DNA from: an uncultured Bacilli bacterium
Lineage (GTDB): Bacteria > Bacillota_I > Bacilli_A > RF39 > UBA660
Length of the DNA: 64,000 bases
Assembly: GCA_944358525.1 (NCBI GenBank)
Contig: CALVRI010000003.1
Location: 4,283 to 68,282 of the forward strand
Direction of reading: 5' to 3'
A program made the position numbers and the translations under genes. The number at the start of each line of letters is the position of its first letter. Positions within the stretch are counted from its first letter, which is position 1. The notes below the pieces were generated by a model. That model did no database searches and was not told the DNA's origin. It saw only the letters and a list, made by a program, of their open reading frames with translations. Positions 1 to 8,452 of this stretch are shown here, one piece after another.

Positions 1-422
1 AAGCTTTAAAAGAATGTCTGTTTACTTATTTTTATTCATTAAATATTATGGATGTGCGTCAAAAAGATTCGGATAAGATTAAAACATTATATGAACATTT
101 TCTTTATTATCAGGGTGATAATTTTAAAATTTTACTATTTGAGAGTAAAAAAATTAAATATAAAAAGGAGTCTGTTAAATTTAAAGAGGTTTTAAATAGT
201 CTGGATGAAAATGGTATTGAAGTTTATTATAAAGATTTAACGACAAATGATATAGTTAATACTAATATTAAGGTGGTGAAGGTGATTGCTCCAACATTAA
301 TAGATTTAAATAAAAGTCACCTTTATCCGAGACTTGGAGCTAAAAGGTTTTTTGAAGTTCCTAAAAAATTAGGTTTGAAATACGATGATACATTAACGAA
401 AATGCCTCATCCGTTTCCTTAA
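1..422 (+). CDS. YcaO-domain protein, C-terminal fragment (gene starts upstream of window)
   Basis: The frame is open from nt 3 with no stop before the tracked ATG at 48. The product ends ...LTKMPHPFP, matching the proline-rich PxPxP C-terminus typical of YcaO superfamily enzymes. Confidence 0.5.
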   Translation, partial: ALKECLFTYFYSLNIMDVRQKDSDKIKTLYEHFLYYQGDNFKILLFESKKIKYKKESVKFKEVLNSLDENGIEVYYKDLTTNDIVNTNIKVVKVIAPTLIDLNKSHLYPRLGAKRFFEVPKKLGLKYDDTLTKMPHPFP

Positions 423-475
423 GTAGTAATTATATGATTGATTAGTTTCTTTTGTTCTTGAAAGGAAGAATGGTT

Positions 476-1357
476 ATGAATGAAATTGATACTCATGATT
501 TGCTAGATATTAAATTATTTAATATCATAGAAAATGAAATATTAACAGATATAGAAAAAGAAAAACAGCTATTAGAACTAGCTCATTTAAATAATATAGA
601 CATAAGCAAGATATATCAAAGATATTTTTGGTTAAAACAAATGGATATTAACCCTAATGTTATTCACTTAAGAGAAAATCATAAAATAATATATGAAATA
701 TTTGGCGAATATACTAAAATGCTTAATGATCATAAAATAGAATATTATTATACTAGTGGTATTTTATCATATTTACTTGTTGATAAGCCTTTGGAACGTT
801 ATCATCATGATTTAGATATATTTATTAATATGAATGATTTAAATAAGTTAGAAAGTGTATGTAAAAATTATAATTTTTCTTTTCATAGAAAACTTGGTGA
901 CCGTGGTGATGGGACTAAAAGGGTTATGCTTAAAATGTATTATAAGGATATGTTTAATATTCCAATAACTGTATTTATGTATGTAAAAGAAGATGATTTA
1001 TCAGTTATTCAAAAAGATTATTTTACCAATGAAAATGGAAATGAGTTTGTCGAATGTATGTATAATTCTCCTGATATTGCTAGACTTAGTTTTTCTGATA
1101 TTCCACATTATTATAATAATATTAAGTATTATGCTATTAGTTTAGAAGCATTATATTTATGCAAAAATGGAAATAGGCCTAAAGATATATATGATTGTAG
1201 TTTTTTTGCTGATTATATAGATAGAGATAAATTAAAGTCTTTAGAGGAGGCTTTTAAAATAAATAAGCCAAATATGACAGTTAGTGCTAAAGAAGATGGT
1301 TTTTATAATTTTATATTTTTGAAATCTGAAAAGTCAAAGGTTTTATGTAAAAAATGA
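476..1357 (+). CDS. nucleotidyltransferase-fold protein (aminoglycoside/lincosamide nucleotidyltransferase-like core), function unknown
   Basis: ORF 452-1357; the likely ATG is at 476, 7 nt after AGGAAG. YYTSGILSYLL...RYHHDLDIFI resembles the G-G/S ... hDhD signature of minimal nucleotidyltransferases. Confidence 0.4.
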   Translation: MNEIDTHDLLDIKLFNIIENEILTDIEKEKQLLELAHLNNIDISKIYQRYFWLKQMDINPNVIHLRENHKIIYEIFGEYTKMLNDHKIEYYYTSGILSYLLVDKPLERYHHDLDIFINMNDLNKLESVCKNYNFSFHRKLGDRGDGTKRVMLKMYYKDMFNIPITVFMYVKEDDLSVIQKDYFTNENGNEFVECMYNSPDIARLSFSDIPHYYNNIKYYAISLEALYLCKNGNRPKDIYDCSFFADYIDRDKLKSLEEAFKINKPNMTVSAKEDGFYNFIFLKSEKSKVLCKK

Positions 1358-1983
1358 TTGATTATAGTTTGTATTTATGCACTGACTGTGAAATAAATAA
1401 AAATTATGAGATTGAAGAATGTGTTAAACAAGCTATACAAGGCGGTGTAACATTTGTTCAAGTTAGAGTTAAAAATAAATCTTTTACTGATTTTTTAGAG
1501 ATTGCTCAAAGAATAAAGAAGATAACAGACTATTATCACATTCCTTTAATTATAAATGATAATATTGATATTGCATTAAAAATTAATGCAGATGGAATAC
1601 ATATTGGTCAAGATGATATGTCTTGTACTGAAGCTAGAAAAATTTTAGGTAAAGATAAAATAATTGGTGTTTCTGTAACTAGTTTAGAAGAGGCTCAAAA
1701 GGCTATAACAGATGGAGCTACTTATCTTGGAGTAGGGGCTATTTATAAATCTCATACTAAAAAAGATGCAAAAGTAGTAGGGGAAGATGAACTGAAAAAA
1801 ATTGCTGAATTTTCAAGTATTCCAGTAATAGTTATTGGTGGTATTAATGAACATACAATACCTAAATTAAATGGTATTAAAATTGATGGCTATGCGATGA
1901 TTAGACCGATTATTGGTCAAAATGATATTATGGGCTCTACTAAAAAATTAAAGAAAATTATTTCTATGAATAAATATAAGTAA
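1354..1983 (+). CDS. thiE: thiamine-phosphate synthase
   Basis: 209 aa. LYLCTD..., GVTFVQVRVKN, LIINDNIDIALKINADGIHIGQDD and GVGAIY..T.TK are typical ThiE/TMP-TENI motifs. ATGA overlap with the upstream gene. Confidence 0.85.
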   Translation: MIDYSLYLCTDCEINKNYEIEECVKQAIQGGVTFVQVRVKNKSFTDFLEIAQRIKKITDYYHIPLIINDNIDIALKINADGIHIGQDDMSCTEARKILGKDKIIGVSVTSLEEAQKAITDGATYLGVGAIYKSHTKKDAKVVGEDELKKIAEFSSIPVIVIGGINEHTIPKLNGIKIDGYAMIRPIIGQNDIMGSTKKLKKIISMNKYK

Positions 1984-2156
1984 AAATGTGATTATTAAAT
2001 ATTTGTGATTGATAAATTTAAAAGAAAGGATTTTTAATTTATACTAAAACTCATATTTTTGTAAGGATTTTACTATTTCAAATTAAAAAAATGTTTATAC
2101 ATCTTTTTTTGTAACCAAATGCCTACTATTACATATTTTAATATAGGGGTGAAGTT

Positions 2157-2231
2157 ATGAATAATTTACAGGTAGTTGTGGATGCTGGTCATCAAGGTAT
2201 CTGTTTAACATGGCAAAAAGATGTTATGTAA
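2157..2231 (+). pseudogene. 5' stub of N-acetylmuramoyl-L-alanine amidase gene, cut off by ICE insertion
   Basis: ATG at 2157 after GGGGTGA. It encodes MNNLQVVVDAGH, then runs into ICE sequence and stops after 12 unrelated codons. The remainder of the gene resumes in frame at 45989. Confidence 0.8.
2184..2192 (+). repeat. attL core (GC-n-GGTCAT shared with right junction)
   Basis: gctGGTCAT at 2184-2192 versus gccGGTCAT at 45986-45994. Host-like sequence lies to the left and ICE sequence to the right. Confidence 0.75.
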
Positions 2232-2384
2232 TTATAGTACTTTTTCATTTAATAAAATAATGCTTGTTTAAAAAGTAATATAAAATAAAAAAATATGATG
2301 TTTAATATTTAAAATTTAAAATGTATTTTGTACTGATTAAATATCAGTTTTTTTGTTTGTAAAAATATATAAAGGAAGGAGGAT

Positions 2385-3218
2385 ATGATTATGTCACAGT
2401 GTAAGATAATTGCAATCGCAAATCAAAAGGGTGGAGTTGGTAAGACTACTACTACATTGAATTTTAGTGTGGCGTTATCTAAAATTGGTAAAAAAGTTTT
2501 ATTAGTAGATGCAGATCCTCAGGGTGATTTGACCACATGTATGGGATATTATGAAACTGATGATATACCGACTATTGCTAATTTAATGATGGATTCAATT
2601 AATGATAAAGAGTTAAATGTTCAAAAGGTTATATTACATCATGAAGAAAACATTGATTTAATACCATCAAATTTGGATTTGTCGGCTGTTTCGTTATCTT
2701 TAGTAAGTGCTATGAGTAGAGAATATATAATGAGAAATTGTTTAAAAGATATAAAAAAACAATATGATTATATTTTAATAGATTGTAACCCTAGTTTAGA
2801 TATGATTACTTTAAATGCATTAGCTTGTGCAGATAAGGTTATTATACCTGTACAAACTCAATATTTGGCTGCAAAAGCGATGGGACAGTTACTTGGAACA
2901 ATTTCAAAAATTAGAAGGCATATAAATCCTGATTTAAATATAGGTGGAATCTTATTAACATTAGTTGATGATAGAACTAAATTATCAAAAGAAACAAAAC
3001 AAGTTTTACAAGAAATATATGGGAGTATAGTAAAATTATATAATACTAAAATCCCATTAGCCGTAAAAGTCGCCGAGTCTAGTAAAGTTGGTAAAAGTAT
3101 TTTTTCCTATGATAAGCGAAGTAAAGTTGCTGAGGCATATATGCAATTCGCAAAGGAGGTAGAAGATGATGAAAAAGCAAGAAGGCAAAATGCACCTACC
3201 CATATTGACAATAGATGA
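2385..3218 (+). CDS. parA: ParA/Soj-family partition ATPase
   Basis: Deviant Walker A KIIAIANQKGGVGKTTTT; DADPQGD; GGAGG RBS 6 nt upstream. Confidence 0.9.
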   Translation: MIMSQCKIIAIANQKGGVGKTTTTLNFSVALSKIGKKVLLVDADPQGDLTTCMGYYETDDIPTIANLMMDSINDKELNVQKVILHHEENIDLIPSNLDLSAVSLSLVSAMSREYIMRNCLKDIKKQYDYILIDCNPSLDMITLNALACADKVIIPVQTQYLAAKAMGQLLGTISKIRRHINPDLNIGGILLTLVDDRTKLSKETKQVLQEIYGSIVKLYNTKIPLAVKVAESSKVGKSIFSYDKRSKVAEAYMQFAKEVEDDEKARRQNAPTHIDNR

Positions 3219-4128
3219 TTTATTTTCTACTCAACAGGAAAGAGATGATTTAAAATTAGAAAAAGTTGTTAATGTTCCTTTATCAGAAATAGATGATTTT
3301 CCTAATCATCCTTTTAAAGTAGTTGATGATGATGAGTTAATTAAAATGTCAATTAGTATTAAAGAAAATGGAATGCTAGTACCTACAATAGTTAGGCTTA
3401 AAGAAGATGGTCGTTATGAAATGATTTCCGGGCATAGACGTAAAAGAGCTAGTGAATTAATAGGATTGGCTGATATTCCGTGCATTGTAAAAGATTTAAC
3501 TGATGATGAGGCTACAATTATTATGGTAGATAGTAATATGTACAGAGAAAAAGTGCTTCCGAGTGAAAGGGCTTTTGCATATAAAATGAAACTTGAAGCG
3601 ATAAAACATCAAGGTAAAAGAAATGATTTAACTTTGCGACCATTTGTCGAGAAGTTAAATAGTGCAGATTTAATTGGAAAAGAATTTGGAGATAGTGGAA
3701 GAAAAGTTCAAAGATATATTAGATTAACTGAACTTATACCAGAATTATTAAATTTTGTTGATAATGAAGCTTTAGGAAATGTACCTAAGATTGCCTTAAG
3801 CCCAGCTGTTGAAATATCTTATTTAACTAAAGAAGAACAATCAATGTTACTAGATTATATTGAATATAACGAAATTACTCCATCATTAAGTCAAGCAATT
3901 CAATTAAAAGATTTAAGTAAGAAAAAACAATTAGATTATGTCACTATTGAAAAAATGTTAGATGTTGAAAAATCAAATCAAATTCAAAAATTAAAAATTA
4001 ATATGAATAAATTGAAAAATATACTTCCACGAAATTTAATTTCTGAAAAGGAAAAAGAAGAGTTTGTAATTAAGGCAGTAGAATATTATTGTAAAAAACA
4101 AAAAGAACGATTTGAAAGTGAAAGATAG
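3166..4128 (+). CDS. parB: ParB/Spo0J-family DNA-binding protein
   Basis: ParB N-terminal box ...EMISGHRRKRA..., followed by an HTH region. AAGGAGG RBS; overlaps the parA end. Confidence 0.85.
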   Translation: MMKKQEGKMHLPILTIDDLFSTQQERDDLKLEKVVNVPLSEIDDFPNHPFKVVDDDELIKMSISIKENGMLVPTIVRLKEDGRYEMISGHRRKRASELIGLADIPCIVKDLTDDEATIIMVDSNMYREKVLPSERAFAYKMKLEAIKHQGKRNDLTLRPFVEKLNSADLIGKEFGDSGRKVQRYIRLTELIPELLNFVDNEALGNVPKIALSPAVEISYLTKEEQSMLLDYIEYNEITPSLSQAIQLKDLSKKKQLDYVTIEKMLDVEKSNQIQKLKINMNKLKNILPRNLISEKEKEEFVIKAVEYYCKKQKERFESER

Positions 4129-4250
4129 TGGGAGTAATTTTTACTAAATATAATTATATATTAGTTATTAAATAACCAACTGAAAGAATATTTATACACT
4201 TGTAAAATAAATAATTTATGATTTAATATAAATTCAAAGGAGAGATTTCT

Positions 4251-4382
4251 ATGTTTAAATATATTTTAAGTATTTTTGGTATTATTATTTTTTCGGTTGG
4301 GAAGTTATTATTATCATTTGTGTTAATTACATTAAAAATTTTGTTTATATTTGTAATAAGTATTGGAAATGGACGGTCTTGA
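4251..4382 (+). CDS. small hydrophobic protein (43 aa), not in ORF track
   Basis: ATG preceded by AAAGGAGAG. Product is MFKYILSIFGIIIFSVGKLLLSFVLITLKILFIFVISIGNGRS, with two predicted TM helices. Confidence 0.35.
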   Translation: MFKYILSIFGIIIFSVGKLLLSFVLITLKILFIFVISIGNGRS

Positions 4383-4417
4383 TGATCGTTTTTTATTTGG
4401 AAAGGAAGATGAATTAA

Positions 4418-6004
4418 ATGAAAAAAATACTAGGAATTATTTTGGTACTAATACCAATTTTTTCAGTTGGTTCTGCCAATATAGTAAAAGCAGCTGAAAA
4501 TGATTCACAATTTACTAAACAAGTTATAGATGGGGCTTATTATTACCAAAGAGATAAAGATACTGGAAAAACAATGACTGGTCATGCTAACAAATTTTAT
4601 TTAAATGGTAAATTAGCATACTGTATAGAACCATTAGTGCAAATAACAGATCATACCTATAATTCAACGACTGATTGGAGTGTTGTTGGTCTTACTGATG
4701 AACAAGAGGATTATATTGAGAAGGTAGGATATTTTGGGTATGAATATCCAGGACATCAGACAGATAGGTATTATATGGCTGCTCAGCAATTAATTTGGGA
4801 AAAAGCAAGAAATGTTGAAACTAAATATACTACTGAACGTGGTGGAGGTAGTGAAATAGATTTATCTAAAGAAAAAAACGAAATTTTAAGTTTAGTTAAT
4901 AACTATAATTCTTTACCTAGCTTTGTAAATGATAAAATTGAAGCAAATATGGGTGATGAAATTAGTCTAAATGATACTAATAATGTGCTTAGTCAATTTA
5001 GTGTTGAATATAATGGAAAAAATAAAGTATCAGTTGACAATAATACGTTAAAGATTAAATTTAGTGATAATTTTATTGGAGAAGAAACTATTAAGTTTGT
5101 TAAAAAAAATTATGATAGTCAAGTTAATTTGATTTACTATAAAGCAAGTTCTCAAACGTTGGCTTCTTTAAGAATTAGTAATCCTTTAAATTTCGAACTC
5201 AAAATTAAAGCAAATGGTGGTACTGTTGAAATTAATAAGAAGGGTGAAAAAATTGTTTATTCAGATGGTTCTTACAGATATGAAACTATTGCTTTACCCG
5301 AAGTAGAATTTGCTATTTATGCAAATGAAGATATAGTTGATAGTACAGGTAAACTAGTTTATAAAAAATACGATCTTGTTGGGGCTGTGACAAGTGATAG
5401 TTTAGGCTTTGCAAAATTAGAAGATATGTACTACGGTAAATACTTCTTAATTGAAGGAAAGTCATCACAAGGTAATATGTTGGATAATGAAAAATATTAT
5501 TTTGAAATCTCTAAAAACGATTTGGTAGAAGGTAGTATTATTAAAAAATTAGATATTCAAAACTATTTACCAAAAGGTACGCTAGAGTTTACAAAATTAG
5601 ATATTACTAACGGAAAAGTTATTCCAAATACTGAAATTATGATTTTCACTGAAGATGATAGACTTATTTATCAAGGAATGACTGATGAAAATGGTAAGAT
5701 TGTTATTACAGATTTACTTGCCGGTCAAAAATATTATATAATTGAACGTAACCCAGCAACAGGTTATCAGTTAAGTAACGAAAAGGTTTACTTTGAAATT
5801 AAAGCAAATGGCGAAGTCGTTAAAGCTGAAATGACAAATGAGCAAATTGTGATAGTTAAAGTTCCTGATACTCAAAAAGATCAATCTAGTTTTGGTAATA
5901 TAGCGTCAATTGTTGTTATTGTTGCTGCAATAGGAGTTTTGATTTATGGAGAAGTTAAAAACAGAAAAAATAAATCAAAAAAAGATAAAAAAGAAAAAAA
6001 GTAA
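4418..6004 (+). CDS. surface adhesin with thioester-type domain, Cna-B/prealbumin-like repeats and C-terminal wall-sorting-like signal
   Basis: Signal peptide. KLAYCIEP plus AAQQLIWE resemble the Cys and Gln motifs of thioester (TQXA) domains. The repeated TDENGKIVITDL..GKYY.IE pattern is SpaA/Cna-B-like. The C-terminus is VPDTQ + hydrophobic helix + KNRKNKSKK tail. Confidence 0.65.
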   Translation: MKKILGIILVLIPIFSVGSANIVKAAENDSQFTKQVIDGAYYYQRDKDTGKTMTGHANKFYLNGKLAYCIEPLVQITDHTYNSTTDWSVVGLTDEQEDYIEKVGYFGYEYPGHQTDRYYMAAQQLIWEKARNVETKYTTERGGGSEIDLSKEKNEILSLVNNYNSLPSFVNDKIEANMGDEISLNDTNNVLSQFSVEYNGKNKVSVDNNTLKIKFSDNFIGEETIKFVKKNYDSQVNLIYYKASSQTLASLRISNPLNFELKIKANGGTVEINKKGEKIVYSDGSYRYETIALPEVEFAIYANEDIVDSTGKLVYKKYDLVGAVTSDSLGFAKLEDMYYGKYFLIEGKSSQGNMLDNEKYYFEISKNDLVEGSIIKKLDIQNYLPKGTLEFTKLDITNGKVIPNTEIMIFTEDDRLIYQGMTDENGKIVITDLLAGQKYYIIERNPATGYQLSNEKVYFEIKANGEVVKAEMTNEQIVIVKVPDTQKDQSSFGNIASIVVIVAAIGVLIYGEVKNRKNKSKKDKKEKK

Positions 6005-6599
6005 AAATCCAAGAGTTCTAATTTTTTTAGGACTCTTTTTACTTATTATTGGTATTGGAATTTATTGCTATAATTTGTTTGAATATTCAAAACCGTTAGT
6101 AGAAGATAAGGAACTAATTGATGAGTTTTTTAATGAAGAAACAATAAATAATAAACAGATACAAACTTCTGTAAAACAATCTACAAGTAATAAATATATT
6201 GCGATTCTAGAAATCCCTTCAATATCTTTAAAAACAGGATTGGTTGATTTTAAATTTTCTGGAAACAATGTTGATAAACGAGTTCAAATTATAACTGGCT
6301 CACAAATGCCAAATGTTGAAAATGGAAATTTAATTTTAGCAGCTCACTCAGGAACTAGTAATATATCTTATTTTAAGAATTTATATAAAATGCAAGAAGG
6401 TAATGAGATTTATATTTATTATTCTGGAACTAAATATGTTTATGTGTTGAATAATATTTATGATGTTAATAAAACAGGTGAAGTAGAGATAAAACGAGAT
6501 CCTAATCAGAATGCTTTGACTTTAATAACTTGTACTCGAAATAGTAATACAAAACAAACGGTTTATATAGCATATTTAAAAAACAAGGAACAGTATTAA
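5946..6599 (+). CDS. sortase (transpeptidase)
   Basis: N-terminal TM anchor, LILAAHSG (His) and ALTLITCT (TLxTC catalytic Cys). Directly downstream of the adhesin and overlapping it. Confidence 0.8.
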   Translation: MEKLKTEKINQKKIKKKKSKNPRVLIFLGLFLLIIGIGIYCYNLFEYSKPLVEDKELIDEFFNEETINNKQIQTSVKQSTSNKYIAILEIPSISLKTGLVDFKFSGNNVDKRVQIITGSQMPNVENGNLILAAHSGTSNISYFKNLYKMQEGNEIYIYYSGTKYVYVLNNIYDVNKTGEVEIKRDPNQNALTLITCTRNSNTKQTVYIAYLKNKEQY

Positions 6600-6613
6600 G
6601 GAGGCAGATACCG

Positions 6614-7099
6614 ATGATTAAACAATATGATGAATTTTCTAAATTAGGTCAAAAGGATATGAGCAAGCGAATTAGTGAGATGACATATTTATATGTGAAT
6701 CCTGAAACAAATAGACCAACTGTTGTTCCAGCAAAACATTATGATCAAATATTGGGTCAAATAAAAGAAGAATTAATTTTACCTATGACTTTAAGAAATT
6801 TTCTAATTACAATGTATACTCAGTTAAAAGCATTATATGATGAAGAGCCTAAATTATTTCAAGAAGCCTTGCTTTGTTTAGAGTTGGGATTGAAACCTAA
6901 AGATTTAAAGATTAGCGAACAGATTGCATTACAGATGACTTCTAAAATGTTAGAAGAAAATAGAAAAGGGAAAAAATTTCATTTACTAGATTCTAGCATT
7001 ATAGATTTTTTTGATGAAATAAAAGATAATCCAGATGTTCATGCTCAAATTTTAAGAGAAAGTAATTCTACGAAAAGAGATGTTGATTTTGAACGATAA
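6614..7099 (+). CDS. hypothetical protein
   Basis: 161-aa ORF with a GGAGG RBS. No recognisable motif. Confidence 0.45.
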   Translation: MIKQYDEFSKLGQKDMSKRISEMTYLYVNPETNRPTVVPAKHYDQILGQIKEELILPMTLRNFLITMYTQLKALYDEEPKLFQEALLCLELGLKPKDLKISEQIALQMTSKMLEENRKGKKFHLLDSSIIDFFDEIKDNPDVHAQILRESNSTKRDVDFER

Positions 7100-7463
7100 A
7101 ATTAAGGCTCTTGTTGTAGAACCTTATAAAGAACCGTATGAGGTTTTGTTAGATAATTCTTTAAAATCTAGACAAAAAATTGTTGGTGGATTAATTGAAT
7201 ATTGTTATTTATTGGATGATGATTCTGTGGCTTTAATTTGTAACGATGAAGGTAAAATTTTTGGATTACCTTTTAACCGGGAGATTGGTTATGATGTAAT
7301 ATGTGGTAACTTTATTATTGTTGGAGATAATGGTTCGGGTGAGGATTTGTCACTTACAGATGAACAAATAAACAAATATAAAGAGCGATTTGGAAAGAAA
7401 TCTATTAGAAAAACGGAAATAGTTATTGAAAAATTATTTAACAAGAAAAATAGAGAGAGGTGA
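7080..7463 (+). CDS. DUF3846-like protein common in Firmicute conjugative elements
   Basis: IKALVVEPYKEPYEV...VGGLIEY...ALICNDEGK..GLPFNR resembles the DUF3846 consensus. Confidence 0.55.
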   Translation: MLILNDKIKALVVEPYKEPYEVLLDNSLKSRQKIVGGLIEYCYLLDDDSVALICNDEGKIFGLPFNREIGYDVICGNFIIVGDNGSGEDLSLTDEQINKYKERFGKKSIRKTEIVIEKLFNKKNRER

Positions 7464-7467
7464 TGAA

Positions 7468-7800
7468 ATGTTAAATCAAATAGTTTTAGTTGGGAGAATA
7501 GTTAATGATTTAGAATTACATGAAACAGAAAGTGGTAAAAGTTTTTGCAATTTAACAATTGGTGTACCAAGACCTTATAAGAATGACAAAGGGGAATATG
7601 ATACCGATTTTATACAATGTAAATTGTGGCAAGGAATTGCTAGAAACACTAGTGAATATTGCAAAAAAGGAGATTTGGTTGGAATTAAAGGCAGATTGCA
7701 AACGATTAAAAAAAATAATCAATTTATTCCTGAAGTTGTTGCAGAGAAGATGACTTTTTTATCTAATAGATCAAAAGATATTAATGAAGAAGTTAGATAA
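7468..7800 (+). CDS. ssb: single-stranded DNA-binding protein (short, no acidic tail)
   Basis: MLNQIVLVGRIVNDLELHETESGKSFCNLTIGVPRPYKN...DFIQCKLWQGIARN...KGDLVGIKGRLQ is the OB-fold SSB pattern. The ATG at 7468 follows GAGAGGTG. Confidence 0.8.
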   Translation: MLNQIVLVGRIVNDLELHETESGKSFCNLTIGVPRPYKNDKGEYDTDFIQCKLWQGIARNTSEYCKKGDLVGIKGRLQTIKKNNQFIPEVVAEKMTFLSNRSKDINEEVR

Positions 7801-7887
7801 TTATGTCAAGGGTGTAAAAAAAATAATTTGCACATTATTCATGACAAGGTATTTATTATATAATGTGACTAGAAAGAAGGTTACATT

Positions 7888-8199
7888 ATGCAAAAAAGTT
7901 TTTTGAAAGATTATATGATGAAAAATTGTTTTGATAGTTGTTTTAATGTGTTTGTATCTGATATATCGTGTGATTTAAAAAAGTCTAATAAACAATATAG
8001 TAATTTATTGGAAGAAGAAGAAAATATTTTAAATAAATTTCCTAAATTGAGAAAAATTATAGAGGATGGTGATATTTTATCTTTGAATAAAGATGAAGTA
8101 AAAAATCTAATTCGTTTATTGAATATATTGCAAAATCAAAATCATATTGTGATGAAAGAAATATTTATTAAAGGGCTTACGGAAAGTTTAAGGCTTTAG
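7888..8199 (+). CDS. hypothetical protein
   Basis: 103-aa ORF with an AGAAGG RBS. No motif. Confidence 0.4.
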   Translation: MQKSFLKDYMMKNCFDSCFNVFVSDISCDLKKSNKQYSNLLEEEENILNKFPKLRKIIEDGDILSLNKDEVKNLIRLLNILQNQNHIVMKEIFIKGLTESLRL

Positions 8200-8240
8200 T
8201 TATAGGAAAACTAAAACTTTTTTATATGGAGGTGTATGTT

Positions 8241-8444
8241 ATGAAAAAGTATAAAATAGAAATAGAAGAAATTTTACAAAAAGTTTTTGATATTGAAGCA
8301 GAGTCATTAGATGAGGCATTAAATATTGCCGAAGATAAATATCGTGAAGGTGAATTTGAACTATCTCCTGATACTATTAAAGAAACTAATTTTAGACCGT
8401 ACGAAGAATTAATAAAAAATAAACTGTCTGAAAAAGAAAGATAA
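8241..8444 (+). CDS. DpnD/PcfM-like small protein
   Basis: MKKYKIEIEEILQKVFDIEAESLDEALNIAEDKYREGEFEL matches my recollection of the DpnD/PcfM family. GGAGGTG RBS. Confidence 0.5.
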   Translation: MKKYKIEIEEILQKVFDIEAESLDEALNIAEDKYREGEFELSPDTIKETNFRPYEELIKNKLSEKER

Positions 8445-8452
8445 TTGTTTAT

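Noticed and set aside
1984-2156. TPP (thi-box) riboswitch near thiE.
   Set aside because: thiE overlaps the upstream gene, so it has no leader. I could not find the conserved CUGAGA/ACCUGA thi-box elements in the flanking non-coding DNA.
2157-2231. A 24-aa ORF as an independent small gene.
   Set aside because: Its first 12 codons are the N-terminus of the split amidase. The rest is read-through into ICE sequence.
5946-6004. Programmed ribosomal frameshift fusing the adhesin and sortase in the poly-A tract.
   Set aside because: The adhesin already ends with a complete sorting signal and tail before its stop. The sortase has its own ATG and TM anchor. A fusion would make no topological sense.
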